A stretch of 64,000 bases of DNA from Selaginella moellendorffii (GCF_000143415.4 NW_003314266.1:3098607-3162606), one strand, 5' to 3'; counted from the first letter of the stretch, positions 49,401 to 64,000 are shown. A program made the numbers and translations. The notes: generated by a model not told the origin, from the letters alone.

Positions 49401-52400
49401 CCCGAACGTCCTCCAACCAGTCCGAACTGATTGCCGATATTGCCCGGAATTGAGCTTGACGACTCAACGCATCCGGAACAATATTGTCTTTACCAGGTTT
49501 ATATATGATTTCAATATCATATCTAGCAAGCTTCTCTTGCCAACGAGCCTACTTCGGCGTAAGCTTAGGCTGCGTAGCAAAGTAACTTAGTGTGTTACTA
49601 TCCGTATAAACCTTGGTATGTCCACCCAAGTAGTGTCTCCAGTGTTCTAGGGCCGACACTATAGCAAACATCTCTTTCTCATGCGTTGGCCATCTTCGTT
49701 GGGTCTCATCCAATTTCTTGGAATAGAACGCAACGGGACAACCATGTCGCCTTAGCGTAACACCAACCGCTTTGTCACAATCTTGCTGCAACACGGCACC
49801 AATAGCATATCCAGATGCATCACAATGCACTTCGAAGGGTTTATCAAGATCTGGGATCCTGAGAACAGGAACCGTAGTCAAGATCTCCTTCAACCGTATA
49901 AAAGCACGTTGACAAGCTGGTGTCCAATGAAACGGAATACTACTCTTCGTCAACTCAGTCAACGGAAGAGCAATTCTTGCAAAATTGCGGACAAACTTGC
50001 AATAGTATCCCACCAAACCGAGAAAGGAACGAACATCTGATACAGTGGTCGGGACTTCCCAGGACTTCACCGCTTCCACCTTCTTTGGATCGACTTCAAT
50101 CACGCCACCACCAACTATATGTCCAAGAAAGTTTATGCGCAATTGACCAAAAGCACATTTACTTTCCTTAGCATATAGTTTGTGTTCGCGCAATTTCTGA
50201 AACACCAGCTCCAAGTGTTTCAAATGATCCTCCAACGTTTCACTAAAGACTAGAACATCGTCGATATATAGAATGACAAATGCATCCAGATAATCTCCAA
50301 ATATTCTATCCATCATAGTGCTGAACGTTGCCGGAGCATTGCATAACCCGAATGGCATGACAAGGAACTCATAAGATCCGTACCGAGTTTTAAAGGCTGT
50401 CTTCTCCACATCCTGAGTCGCCACCCGTATCTGATGATACTCGGACCTCAAATCAAGTCGCGTAAAATATTTAGCCTTTAAGAGTTGGTCAAACAAGTCA
50501 TCAATGCGAGGCAAAGGATAACTGTTCTTAACCGTGATCTTGTTGAGTGCTCGATAGTCAATACACATCCTCATGGTTCCATCCTTTTTCATAACAAAAA
50601 GGATTGGTGCTCCATAAGGTGACTTGCTAGGTCAGATATGACCTTTGTCAAGAAGTTCCGTCAGTTGCTTCTTGAGTTCAGCCATCTCCTTGATGTTCAA
50701 CCGATACGGAGCTTTCGTGGGTGGTTTAGAACCCGGAATAACCTCAATCCAATGATCAACCTCACGGCTAGGGGGTAGCCCTGGTGGCAAATCCTTTGGG
50801 AAGATATCCTGATTCTGCGCCAACAACTCGAATATCTTCTTTGGTACAGGATCAACCCCGTCGCCAATTCGAGCAGAGTCACCCACACTCTCAGCTTCCA
50901 TCACTTGAACCCAAAAGGTCCGACATCCCCTTTTTGCTGCTTTTTGAGCAGCCCTCGCAGTCAGGAACTTTCCATCCCAATCCTTTGAGGAACGCTTTTG
51001 CAACTGGAAGGACACATCGGGTCGTCCCTCGGACTTCAACGTGATACGGCTTTGTCCAGCACCATAAATCCCTTTTATATACTTGTTGAAGAAATCCATA
51101 CCAAACACCATCTGAAAATCTGGTATCTTCAACACTACCAAGTCCACTCTTTCTTTCCACTTGGATATCTTTATTGGAACATCACTCACAAACTTTCTGG
51201 CTACTTGCCCACCTTCCACAAACCGGAAGTGCATAGGCGACATTTGCTCAGCATTCAATCCTAACAACTTAACTAAGTCTTCGAATATCACGCTGTGCGT
51301 AGCTCCCGTGTCAATCATCACTCGGATTCGGTGTCCACGGACAAAGCCTACCAGATACATCAATGGATCAGTGTTTGCATTGACTGCAAGAAAAGCTTGA
51401 GGAAAGCAACGAAAGTTACTCACCTCTTCTTCCTCATAGTCTGCATTGACCAACTCGTCAACTCCTTCAGCTTCATCACCACCGTCTTCCCTCATGACAT
51501 TAACTCGAGACCTTGTCTTATGCTTGTTGGGACAATCCGAGGACCTATGTCCTGACTCTCCACAATGGAAGCAATGACCCACACTACCCGTTCCGCTAGG
51601 AGCAGGTTTTGCAAGTTGCTGTTGCTTGTACCCACCAGGAGGAGGAGCAGAGGGCCTAGGACCAGAAGAAGCTGCTGGTGGTCTCCAACCACCACCACCT
51701 TTATTAACTGTTGCTTGTGAGCCTCCAGGGCAGAACCTGCTTTCCACCCTCTGCTTCCGATCACCTTGTTTATTCCCAGAATTCCTATTCTTGTCCGAGT
51801 TACCAGCATACGGTTGCTGATATTGTTCCATGAGTGAGTGACTAAAGGCAACTTGCTGCGCTGCCTCCTTACACTCCAGGTACGTCTTCGGCTTAAACTT
51901 CAAAATCTCATTGCGAGAAAATGATCTTAAACCTCCAGAAAATAACTCCGAGCATCTTCGTCACTCATATTTGCAATCATAATGCACTTCTGAGCAAACG
52001 CATTAACATAATGCATGAGATCCCCTCGCTGCTTTAACCACCACAGCTCCGCACGAAGTCTTAGACCAAGATCATCCAGCAAGTATTCCTTACAGATACG
52101 AAACCGCATCTTGGTCCAACTTCTAGTCTGCCCTTTTTCAGCACACACTTGGCGCCACCAAGTTTTGGCATGATCGGTGAGAAAGGATTGCACGCACGCA
52201 ACTTTCGTACGATCATCTACGTCTGCCGCTATGAAGTAGTTCTCCATATCGTAGACCCAGTCTTCCAAAACCTGATAGTCCCGCATGCCTCTGAAGTTGG
52301 GTGGTTTCGGAGGCTTGAACTTTGAAACTCGTGCAACCAGGGGCGGCTGCAGAACTTCATCGTCCTCAGAACTTGAAGAGGAGTCTGGTTGCTTAGGCTT

Positions 52401-53798
52401 AGTTGGTTTAGCTGCCTCAGCTTCTTTCTTCCTCTTCTTGTTCTCCTTCTTTAATTTGCGAATCTCCTTTCGCAAATTCTCGATCTCGACTTCCTGAGCC
52501 GTACGCTGCAACGCCGCAGCATTTGGCTCTTCCTCTTCCGACTCAGCCTCTGCCTCTACCGCAGCATCTCTAGCAGGAGTTTCCTCCTCTTGATTTGCCC
52601 GTCTAGAGGTTTCAGCGTCATCAGCACGGTTCCGTTTCACCATCCCACTAGCTGCATGCATGCCTTTATCAGTAACTGAACATGCATACAACGTTCTTAC
52701 CGAATGGTGCAATCCAACTAATCCTACACAGGTCGCTTCGGATCTACTAGAAAAGTCTCTGCGTATGCAACTTAAGTCAGAAAATCCGACAAAAGTTGGA
52801 TAGGAATCGCTGAGACAATTCCTCTGATACCAAATGTAGCGCACCTGAATTTTGGAGCCGAACTCCAAGCCCGTTGCGCTACAAAACGAGGGTCCGGTAC
52901 AATCCCATAAGCACCAGCTCCCCGTTTCCAGCACCTGCACGCAAAATGGTGTCAGACGGAGTCTGGCACAATTTTGGCATACTGGTGGCCTAATGCGAGG
53001 AGGAGGGTACTCCACCGACTAGAGCAGCGTGGAGCTTGGGCTTAGACCCAAGCCGGACGCAGAACAAGGAGCGACACAGCCCAGCGGGAGCCAAACTAAT
53101 GTCTCAGGTGGTCGGACATGCATTCCAACCACTATCCCTACTATACATTTGGAACCCCCCACAGCCCCCCCCCCCCCCCCCCCCCCTTGAGGGACACACG
53201 CTTTGGGCTTTCACCCCAAGCCTCCCTTAGTACCAGGAGTTAGTCTCTGGGACAAGTCCGAAACTTACTAAATATGAAGTGTCTTTAGATTGCGAATTTG
53301 GACATGGGACGAACACCATTGTGTTCAGGCCGATCTCTACATTCCGTAGATATGCCAAATGAGCTAATCTAGACACTTTCCATAAATAGCATTTGGGACC
53401 GAAATGAGACCAACACAAAGGGTATGATAGCGAGGGTGTTTGGCAGACACGGTAAGCTATCATCTAGCGAATATTGAGGGACTAGTCTCAATACGCGAGG
53501 GTTCTTGCCAAGCCAGTGCAAGACAGAGCAAAAGAGAACTANNNNNNNNNNNNNNNNNNNNNNNNNNNNNNNNNNNNNNNNNNNNNNNNNNNNNNNNNNN
53601 NNNNNNNNNNNNNNNNNNNNNNNNNNNNNNNNNNNNNNNNNATACAGATGCTAAGTCCAGTTTACTAACACTTGGACAAAAGGGGCCAATAAAGGGAACC
53701 AGCAGTACCGACCTCCTGGTGTCATGGCAGTAAGGAAAGAGTGCCCGTAAGGACTGGTCGACAAGTATCTTTCGATACCCGAAGTCACATTTGCGACA
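46477..53798 (-). mobile_element. Full-length Ty3/gypsy chromovirus with tRNA-iMet PBS; three lesions in gag-pol
   Basis: LTRs 46477-47399 and 52835-53798; perfect TSD atagc; PBS TGGTATCAGAG (52822-52832, minus); PPT 47400-47412; gag with CCHC knuckle, IDTGA protease, YIDD RT, RNase H, integrase, chromodomain EYLVKWKGY...TWEP. Confidence 0.97.
53542..53641. other. Assembly gap (100 N) inside the 5' LTR
   Basis: Run of N; the matching stretch in the other LTR is only ~70 bp. Confidence 0.99.
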
Positions 53799-56700
53799 AT
53801 AGCTGGGGAAAGCTTTTGACCACAATAGACCTGATGTTTAAAATTCTACCAATCTAAAATAATTTCTAGTTACAAAAACTCATTAAGAATCCTGATTATA
53901 CATATCTTCTAAAAATATATGTTTTTATAATAATAGATATTGTTAGCTTTAAACAATATTATTAAAGAACCTCTTTGTCTTTATTACATTACACATTAAA
54001 GTGCCCTTGAAATAAATAAAATAGCATTTAATGCAATTATCTATATTGATTCACGAAGAAAATAATATTATAAAATATAATATTATAGAAAAAGTAAAGA
54101 CACTTTTAAAAAGAAGTTTATTTCACCAAATTTATTCTAAGATTGCAATTCTTGCAAGGTGAGACTAATATCTGTTGTTCTAAGGAGATAGTGTCATTTG
54201 CATATTCAAACTTGAAAATTTATGGAGTCATAACTTGTTTATGCCATTTTTGAAAATGGTAAAATGGTTTCAAAACCACAATGACTTTGTATTTGGTCCA
54301 AATGCACCATGTGTCCTAAGTCCCACTTTAGTCACAAATATACCATTGATGTATTAACATTTTATCCCAAGGCCTCCACTTTATCCCATGCCAAATTAGG
54401 TGTTGGGGCTTTAGCTTCAACCCTCCACACTTGTGTGCTCACAAATGCCAATCCTTATTTCTCTCATGCTTAAGTATGGCTTTTATACAAGTAAAGAGAA
54501 TATTTTAAGGATTAAAATATTCCTGGAATCTAATTATCTCGGTGACCATGGACGAACATGCCAAACTCCATCACATACAAGAACCCACAACCAAAGTGTT
54601 AGTATAGACTCCAAGGTGGTACTTTGTGTCAGCAACTGTTGTGAGGAGAAGAAAGCAAAGAAAAACAAAGAAAAGAGAAGGAATATAGAGTTCTGGAAAA
54701 CCAAGTGGGAAAACTTAATAAAAGAACTAAACACTAAAAAAAGAGGAGACAAAGTGGAGAAAAGAAAATTTAAAATGAAACAAAGGAAAAAGAAGAAAAA
54801 GAGGAAAACAAAGAAAAAATAGAAAAGAGAAGTTAGAAACGTGAAACTATAAGACAAGTATTACCTGGACTCTAATTTAAAGCCTTCTCACCTCTGGAAA
54901 GTTCCTCAAATAAGCCCAATTGCTCTCAAAGTTCTAATGTGGTATTTATGTTACATTTTGTCGAATTGAGTTGACATTTGATACTCGTATAAACCTTTGT
55001 AGTAGTGACATAGGCATTGCTAATAGGGTTGCTCAATTGATGATTAAGTCATTGTGATTTTGTGAATAATGTGTTTACAAAGTTGCTTGATTAAATGATG
55101 ATCAACCTTAAAGTGGTTGATAGTGAAGTTAATCTACTTGCACATAGTAGCATTGAAGTAACTTTGACTATGTTCTCAATGGTGATCCATTATGCTAAGC
55201 TTAAGTTGGTTCCTTGGTTTTTTGAATTTGCCTATTAAGATGTTGGGAAGGGTTATAGCATTCCCTTGTTATGGCTTGTTAGTTTATTAGTTAGCACTTG
55301 GAGTAAATTGTTAGATGGGAAGGTGTGTAATTAATGCATTAACATTGCTAACACTTGTAAGTAGAAGTGGCATTGTTATTTCAAGTGATGAGAAATTTTC
55401 CTTAGATCTTAATTTTCCATGACATTTTTTTTATTAGTGTTTTGGCTATACATTGGATCTTGAAAGTGGTTGAAAAAGAGTGTTAGTGCAATGTGGATAT
55501 CCAAAAATATAGTTTTCGTGATCAAGCTTTGGATGTTTATTTTGCATTTTGCAAATGTCGGTGTTGGATGTTAGAAATATGGGCATAATGTTCGATGCTT
55601 AAACATATTGTTAGGTCATAAGATTTATGTTAAGGTGAACCTATGTGAAATTGTTAGTAGGAGGAAGTTGGTTGAGTTTTGAAAGTTTGTATTCCTAGAC
55701 TTAGAGTCATTCTTTTTTTAGGATGGAAAATTTTTCACAAATTTTTTATAACTTTTCCAATGGCTAATCTATTAATCATTTTGCTCAAAAACCATTCTAT
55801 TTTCATAAGCTAATATAAATTAGTGAAGGGGTTGAAGTTGACTTCGGTTAGCTTAAATTTCAGTATATAATTTGTATGATGTGGCCCGAAAGGGATGTTA
55901 ACTTTTGGGGTTAAGGCAATTGAGTTGGATAAAGTCTGAAATTAGTGTAAAATAGTGGCCGTTGTAGTTTTCTAGGAAAAGTGACCCTTGTGCTTTTCTT
56001 CTGTAGCATTATGCTTAGTAGTAGGTTATATCTTGCATTTTGCTAAACTCTATGAGAGTAATAAGCTCTCATTGATCCTGATTTGGTCTTGGTAGCCTTG
56101 CGCCTTGGCTGAGGATAGTTATATCCAATTTAGTTGTTTGAAGTTGAGATGTTAGTACCTGTACTATAACTTTGTCTATCCAGAGGTTGTGTACCATATG
56201 AGCCCATCTCATGGTCTTTACTTTAGTTTTAGTTAAGTGTTGATCATGCATAGCTAGCCGCTTCAAGGCATGCTCAGAGCCCTTAAGTACATGGACAAAC
56301 ACAAACCAAATGAGCACTTGAATCTAGTTGAATCACAATAAGCCCATTAATACGTTTAGACACTTTTTGTTGGACAAGTATATAACTCAATGACATGAGT
56401 TTAATATTTGAGTTTTATGAAGGCAAGTTGAAGAATGGTTATTGATTGCTTTGTGACTAATGATTGCTTGTAAATTTTGTCGACGATTGTTGACACTTCC
56501 TTTGCTCAATAAAGATTTATCATTGATGGGCTTGCTTTACTAGATGGTGTTGTAGAAGATCGTGTTGTTAAACTTGCATGGTTTTCCCATGTTGGCATAA
56601 TGATATCACCTTTGTCGATATCATTTGGTTGTGTTTAATCTATAATGTTGGATTACATTAAGTCTTGGACATAATGAATCATTCCTTGATGATATGTTAT

Positions 56701-58599
56701 ATGTAACTGAGTTTTGCTGAAGGATTGGTCTCGGATACTAAATATAGTATTTTTTACTTTGGTTGCTAGAGAGTTTTGAGTGGTGATTCACTCTTGCTTT
56801 CTTTTAATTTTATTATGGTATTGATGCCATTGAAGTGATGCTTTGTCGTTGACATTATTAGTGTTGAAATTCGAATGAAACGAGATGTTTCTCTGTAATA
56901 TTGATATTGAGTTTATTAGTATCAATATAGATAGTATTAATAATTTCGCTATAGTTTTATATTATTAGCCTTCATGCATTTTTTAGTTAGCAATTGTATT
57001 AGTGTTCAAATGAACTAAGTTGAAAGTTTGAGTTAGTTGTGTGCCAAATAAGATTTTTTAGTAAAGGTTGAGCTTTGGCTTTTCCTTGAAAAGTGATTTA
57101 GTCATGAACTATACTAACTTTACAAGAGTAAGAGTTAATGATCAATATTAAAGATGTTAGTTTTTTGTTGAATTTGAGTTGGGGATATATTGATCATTGA
57201 TGATTTCTCTTGTGTTTTTTATGAAGTGAGTTACGTCTTGCTATAGATGGATTCATGGAGGATTGTTTAGTGATCACTTGTTAAATATAGTTTTATTGTG
57301 CTTGGCTTTTGAATTGATGCAAATATACTTTTCATTAACTTTGTATTATGAAGTTTAGCTTATGGATGTGTTGAGAAGGATATTATGGGTTGTACCAAAA
57401 CTCGTGATCATTGTTAGGCAAAACTTTGTTATATACTTCTTCGAGCTTTTGATTCTTTGAGTTTTATGCTCATTATTCTATTTGTTAGAAGTTGTTGAGG
57501 AATGCATTTGTTTTTGCTTATTAGTTTTAATGTTGAAATTAGTATTTGCATCTGGCAATCATTGGTGAAGATTGACTATCATCTAGGATAGTTGGTTATC
57601 TTTTGTCAAAGGTTTTACTTGATTATTGTTGATGTAGAATAACCTACCGTTCTTTAGGATGGTGGATTATTTCTTTGACAATTATGCATCTCTCTATTGA
57701 TGGGATGATTAATGTTCTTTCATGATGGTTAATTGTTGAATTTGATAGATTTTGGCTTTTCGCATTACCACATTTTCTTTGTGATTTGCTCTAGATTAGT
57801 CTCTTGGGTTTGAGATATTGGTAGGATGTTGCTAATATTCACTTGAGCAACTCTAGTTTCTTGGTATTTTTGACTGGGATTTATTTAGATTAGCTAAGTG
57901 TAATAGTTGGCATAAACAAGTGTTTATTAGTTTTGCAACATTCATTCTATTTTATTGATTGTTGCTAAGGTTGGTTTTGATAGATTTGGATATTATTTCC
58001 TTTCATGTTGCTTGCCGATCGATGATACTTTATATTCTTTGAGTTATTTTGTAAATTGTTTAGTATATTGTCTACAATATTTGATAGTTAAGTTTTCTCA
58101 TTAAGTTTTTTTGATGATCTACTTGTTTTTGAATTTTTTTGGATAGTGAATCTTATGTTTCCCAACTATAATAATCTTGATGGTTCCTATACTTTAATAA
58201 TAGTTTATCAGATGATAACTTACTTGGAATACTTTAGTGTTCTCATCTAAGATTTATTCACTGGTAATTAAATCTCTAAGATATCATGGTCTCTAACTTT
58301 GATATTGTTTATTTATTGATCTTTAGGTTTAGGCCAGTATAAGCAAACTAGCTTTGGCAATTCATGTGCATAGTAAAATCTTTAGTCATGGGGTAGTTAC
58401 TATCAATTGATCACATCACCCACCTCTCTCTTGATATTCCATATTTCGTTAAAAGAGCATGACTATGTAAACAACTCTAATTGCCTGTTTATAGTAGTCT
58501 ATCTAAACTTTATTGATGGGTTTGGTTTCTTTGCTCATGAGGGTTGGGGCCTTTGGCTTCTCTTTCTATGTCTTTACGGGCAAGGGCATATCACATTTT

Positions 58600-59987
58600 T
58601 TTAAGTTGGGTGATACTTAGAGCAACAAGGGTGGCTAACTTTGTTGGTCATTTCCTTATCGGCAATGGCCGGAAGGTGTTTACATTAGTAGCATATTTGT
58701 GTTAAAGAAAGAAGTTGCTTCTTAACTCATTTAAATTGGTGCATTTCTCACAAAGTGTAAATACTATAAACTTTTTCTACAGTTGTTTTCTTGGTGGTGT
58801 TCTAAACTAGAGTATGCATCGACAAGGATGTCAATCTTCCCTAAAGGGGGGAGAGTGTCGTAAATATGACTTTTGGTATTGAAAGTTATTTGTCGGCTAG
58901 TCCTTTTGGATATTTTTTCCTTACTACCATAACAACAAGACGTTGGTATTGTTGGTCCCTTTTTTAGTCTCTGCCTAAGCTAGTTGAGAAATTGGTCATC
59001 ACATATGCACTTAGACTAGAAGAGCACTAAGGAAAGAAATCCAAAATTGTCATTTAGTTAAACATAGTGATGAGAAACTTATGTTGTTGGCTTGCATTTG
59101 CTTGTGTTAAGAACCCCCACGATATTGAGATTGGTTCCTCAATATTCATTAAATAATAACTTACTGTGTCTACCAAACACCTTCGCTATCATACACCTTG
59201 TGTTAGTACTATTTGGTTCCAATTGTTATTTATGGAAAGTGTCTAGATTTGTTAATTTGGCATATCTATGGAATGTAAAGATTGTCCTAAACACAATGGT
59301 GTTTGTCCTGTGTCCAAATTCACAATCTAATACCATTCCATATCTAGTAAGTTTCGAGTTAATCCCAGTACTAAAGGTAGCTAAGGGTGAAAGCCCAAAG
59401 CGTGTATTCCTCAAAGAGGGGTGGGGGGGGGGCTGTGGGGGGGTTCCAAATATATAATAGGGATAGTGGGTAGGTTGAGCATGGCTGACCAACCTGAGGT
59501 ATAGTTTAGCTCCCATTTGCATATCTGTTTTTTTTCTGCATCCAGCTTGGGTCTAAGCCCAAATTCCATACCATGCTAGCTGGTGGAGTACCCATATCCT
59601 CACGTTAATCCACTAGTATGCTAAAATAATGCCAAACTCTGTTTGACTTCGTTTTGTATGTTGGTCCTAACATTACGATGTTGGATGCTCTAAGATTGTT
59701 TTTATGTTGCTCCGTGCTCCTGTCCCTTCACTCTTTGGGCTAAATGCTTAGGAGTTGCTTTGTGCTTCAGTCCCTTCGCTCCTTAGCTCCATGCTTGAGA
59801 GTTTGGCTCCATTCCTTCATTCAGTGGCCAAGGCTTTGAAACTCGGGTTCTACTCCATTGTCCTTGGACACATGGTATGTGGCACATGGCATGTGACATG
59901 TGGCATATGGAGGATTTAAGTTTTGCTTCATGGTTATCCTATGATAAATTACGATAGGATTAAGGGTGAAAACCACATGCGTTACCA
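58600..59987 (+). mobile_element. Decayed LTR element 3' end: 3' UTR, PPT (aaaggggggagag) and LTR 58856-59987
   Basis: 58600-58855 resembles the reverse complement of 47400-47640; LTR colinear with 39574-42368. Confidence 0.78.
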
Positions 59988-60007
59988 ATATACTTATCCA
60001 TTTATTG

Positions 60008-61443
60008 GTAAATGACTACATTTTCCATTTTACTTTAGTCACTTAACGACACCTTTGACCACTTGGAGGAGTCTCACTCACAACCTCCGTAAGTCCTATT
60101 CTGGACTTAGGGATTTGCTAGCCCCAAGAATGACATCCATGCCGCTCAACCATTGCACTTGGTCCAAGTGCTCCATGTGTCCAATCCCATGACTGACACC
60201 CCAAGGTACCACTAACATATCAGTCTGTTACACTAAGGCCATGCCCATTCACCTTGGTCACACCAGTGGTCCAACACCACTTGCATCACAGTCCCATCTC
60301 TCAAAGACCGGGCCATCCGTCCATGAGTGATCATCCCAGATCCACTCTTTAGCATCCTTAGGATGCTTACGGGCAGGGGAATAACCTTCCCCAATATCCC
60401 TTTTACATTCCCCACCAAGTCCCTTTCTATCCATGGCTGTATTCGCCAACATTGCCTCTGGATCAAGGTCCACAGGCTCGACCACCAAGTCCCACTATCC
60501 TCTGGGACTTCTCCACTACGTGACCGTGTCCTTGGTCACCACAACAGAGGACTCCTCCTCTTCCTTTCCACAGTCCGGGACTCTGGGACAACATTTCGCA
60601 ACACTGTGGCCCTACAAAGCCTCATGGGTACTCTCCCTACCTTCCACCTTTAGGTGCTCTAGCTATGGGCTTAGAGCAAAGTTCCATTGAGCCACGCCAG
60701 GTATCCAAGTAGATAGTGCCACCCATGCTTGGACTCGACCATTCAATCTCCCAGGGGAACTAGAGCCGGCTTTTGAACACTTCACCAAGTTACCCCGTTT
60801 GTCGGTCCGTATTCACTCTAGTTTTGGACTTCCCAGTGGTCAGCTCATCACCCAACACCTGGGTACAGCCTTCCTAGGCCAAACTGGCCTTTCCTGGCTA
60901 AACTAGCTCCACTAGGATCCAACCCCCACACTCTCCCTACTATACTTTTGGAACCCCCTACAGCCCCCCCTCCTGGGGGATGATCACTTTGGGCTTTCAC
61001 CCAATTTCCTGTATTAGTATTTGGACTCGGACTCGGACTCAGACTCGAACTCAGTCTCGGTCTCAGTTTTGGACTCGAACTCGGTCGCGGTCTTCGTCTT
61101 GGTCTCGGTCTCGGTCTCGGTCTCGGTCTTGGTCCTGGTTCCATCTCGGACTCCATCTCGAGTCCATCTCGGACTCCATCTCAGGTCCATCTCAGACTCC
61201 ATCTCGGACTCCATCTCGGGTCCATCTTGGACTCCATCTCGGGTCCTTTTTCTAGAGACTCACTTATTGCTTGCTTTGTGCTCGTTCTTCGAGCACTTCG
61301 TTGGGAGTTCCACTCCCGCTCTCGACTTTTCAAGTCAAAGTTTTTGGTCCAAACGTGTTATACTCATTTGGCCTTCACTTCGGCCACTACCACGTGGCAC
61401 CCCTTTTGGCTCCATTTTGGGGCTTAGGGATTTGTGTCTCACA
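60008..61443. mobile_element. Second copy of the solo-LTR family at 40300-42036
   Basis: Colinear similarity along its length, shorter tandem array, ends gtgtctcaca. Confidence 0.82.
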
Positions 61444-62926
61444 TATAGATTCTCCAATTTATAGATTTATTGAATCCCTTGTGATGCTTCTCTCACTTTA
61501 TTGGTTTAAATACTAATAAACCTCCTATAGACACCTTCTCTATCACGATCTTACTACTTATTTTGGAGTAGTCTCGAATATAACTATTGCATTTTTAGAA
61601 CTTTAATATTAACTTCTCATGTTAATATCTTAGGTGTTTCCAACACCTTCCATTGCCCATATTGTGTAAATTCCACTTCTTTATTCTAGAGAGTTCTTTA
61701 TTTAATGACACTATTATCTTCTTTTTTATCTTGTGCTAATATTAGGCACTAAATTCCTTTGCTAAGGTTTTCCATGACTCTATCATTTGGCTACCTTGCC
61801 TTGGCTCCGTCTTTTAGAGCTTTCATCATTTACAAAATTGGAGCCATTGGGAATTCTATCTTTTGGAAATTTATTATCTTTCCCATGATTCATTAGCATC
61901 CACTATATGTGATTTTCTACCAACTTTATTGATTGAATTCCCTCTAGAAATTACTAAGACCCAATCTAGGCCATTAATCTTTTGCTCTTATACTTTGATT
62001 GTTGCACCAAATAATATAAAATGTCCTTGAGGTATTCTTTTAGTTCCATAGCAAAGGCTCTAATTTGCCATATCTAAAAGGCATTTACCCTTAATAAGTC
62101 TTTTTAGGATTTTCTACTATAGGCATTATTCATCCCAATTTTGTGACCCTTTTATGGGTCCTTTCTTGGAAGCTACTTTGTTGGATTCACAATACCATTG
62201 TATTGTTATAAATCAATTCACATAGGTATCCTTTTCACTTAGTCGCCTTGACTAAGTGACACCATACCATTTATTCAAATCACTACTTTGAATTAAAAAC
62301 ATCATTCCTTAACCAAGCAAAGATCTTGTTTATGATTATCTAACCATATGATCTTTTAGTGGCCCATCCCACCAAGTTTATCAATAAATACTTGGTTTAC
62401 TAAACTTTTAAATTGTTGACCATGACTCTAGGGGTGTCCCCCACACTTGGCAGTGCACCCAAGCTAGCCCTTTTGGCCAAGAGTTTATAGAAATTCAAAT
62501 TAGGTGTCTCTATATCATTCATCATATCTTCGGTGCCACTCACACTAGATGTTTAAATTAGATATACCAAGCTTTCACACTAAGTACACTAATTGTGTAT
62601 CACGACTTTAAAGCATCCCTCTACTTGGCAATATGCTTAAGACATAGAAAACACTATTCCTCAATATCCCTTTTTCAATCCCCATTAAGTCCCTCTTCAT
62701 TTATAGTAGTACTTGTCAACATCACTACTGGTCCAATGCCCAAAAGCCCATCCTCTAAGCCCTACTAATCTCTAGGACTTCCTCCCTCACCATATAACTA
62801 TACTCTTTGTCACTAAGTAAGAGTATACTTCTTTTCCCAATCATTTAAAGGTATTAGGATACTTAGGGTTAAATGTCCTTGGGTTTAAGTAGTATTGGGC
62901 TGAGTGACCTCTCAAGAAGTCTAAAT

Positions 62927-63118
62927 TTACTTACACAATCCTCTGGGATAAACAATAATGGTACAAAAAGCACCACTAGTTTTTCCTTTGGCACCTTCAC
63001 TTTGTTGACAATTCTTGCATATTTTGCAATATTCAAGAACATCATTTTTCATATTCCAAAAGAACCTATACTTAAACAGCTTATAAGTATTCCTCCCCCT
63101 AAAATGACTAGCCTCCAA
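62927..63118 (-). pseudogene. Retrotransposon integrase zinc-binding domain remnant
   Basis: HFRGRNTY.L..RFFWNMKNDVLEYCKICKNCQ, an HHCC-type motif. Confidence 0.65.
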
Positions 63119-64000
63119 ACAATCATGATAATAATAGAGGACATGGTTGATCAGCTCATCAACTCAACTTAGCCATTATACAAGTGCAAGCCATTCTAGC
63201 TTGAGAAAGGTGGCTCCATGTGCATACTAAGCTTTTGTACCTTAGCATCTTACAGCTGAATTTGCTTGACCATACCAGCAAATTCTGTCACAACCTTTGT
63301 GAAAGCATGACAAATCCTTTCCTAGAATTCTCCTACAAAAGTAGAGCATAATGCACATGAGACCAAACATTACTATGAGTGGATGTTTTACCCAATCCCA
63401 CATTCCTATAGTAACAAGTTATAATGATCTCAATAGATGTCAGTAAGATTGTGAGTCTTTTCTTCTTCTTTGACTAGCACACATATCGCCAACCACTTCA
63501 ACCATATTCACAAGTTTCCAGATCCCCTCCACCATCCCTACATTACAATCAACCATCACTGTCTTCCACCATTCATCTATTAAGCTGCTATATTCCATCA
63601 CTTCTACAATTACCATTCCCGGGCAACACATTCACTCCCATCACTTTATTCCCTACATTCCACCGATAAAGATTACAACTTTTAACACCACTAAATTTTG
63701 TTCACAACATGGACAAACTCATGCCACTCTCTTTCCAACTAAACTCAAAATTAATCCAACACCAAGCTACTCAAGGAGCAATAGCAAAGTTTCTTGGAAA
63801 AGTATTGAGCATTGTAACCCAAGTCTTCAATAGCAAGCTTAGACAAAATGGTTTAGTGCTTCACCACTATCCATCCCTTGACTTGCCACTTGTAAAACCA
63901 TCATAACCAACGTATATTAAGATAGAGACTCTTGATTGCATAATGTAAATACAAGTAATGAGTTTACACCTCATTACAAATTATTTCTTTAAGAAGAAAA

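Noticed and set aside
52650-53015. N-terminal extension of gag
   Set aside because: Runs through the LTR and PBS; the real start is probably MVKRNR near 52643
54433-54857. Lys-rich and Phe-rich ORFs
   Set aside because: Low-complexity A-rich purine tract

Overview
Eukaryotic plant genomic DNA. The very short introns, tight gene spacing, TTTAGGG repeats and chromovirus LTR elements suggest a lycophyte such as Selaginella moellendorffii (inference). A compact gene cluster at 8.2-13.6 kb holds a GDSL lipase, a PHD plus telobox-Myb (TRF-like) gene, PNO1/Dim2 and a dirigent gene. The rest is mostly transposon-rich: two full-length chromodomain Ty3/gypsy elements with TSDs (16226-21750, 46477-53798), nested and solo LTRs, 25S rDNA fragments folded into an inverted repeat, and pseudogene fragments (LRR, F-box, GSH1, GPDH). 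The most unusual feature is a ~12 kb putative DNA transposon (~25.2-37.6 kb). It carries a Sola1-like DDD transposase on the minus strand and, divergently, a multi-exon gene reading as ParB-like domain + degenerate beta-class N6/N4 DNA-methyltransferase fold + FCP1-like HAD phosphatase. About 24 copies of a 24-bp palindrome (AATGGCRTGWGGCCWCAYGCCATT) are scattered through it, many inside introns, which resembles a ParB/parS-type arrangement. Other notable points: a Tf1-style self-priming signature in the first LTR element, and an intronless YvgO-like secreted-protein gene in an AT-rich island. All domain calls were made by eye from motifs; no searches were run.
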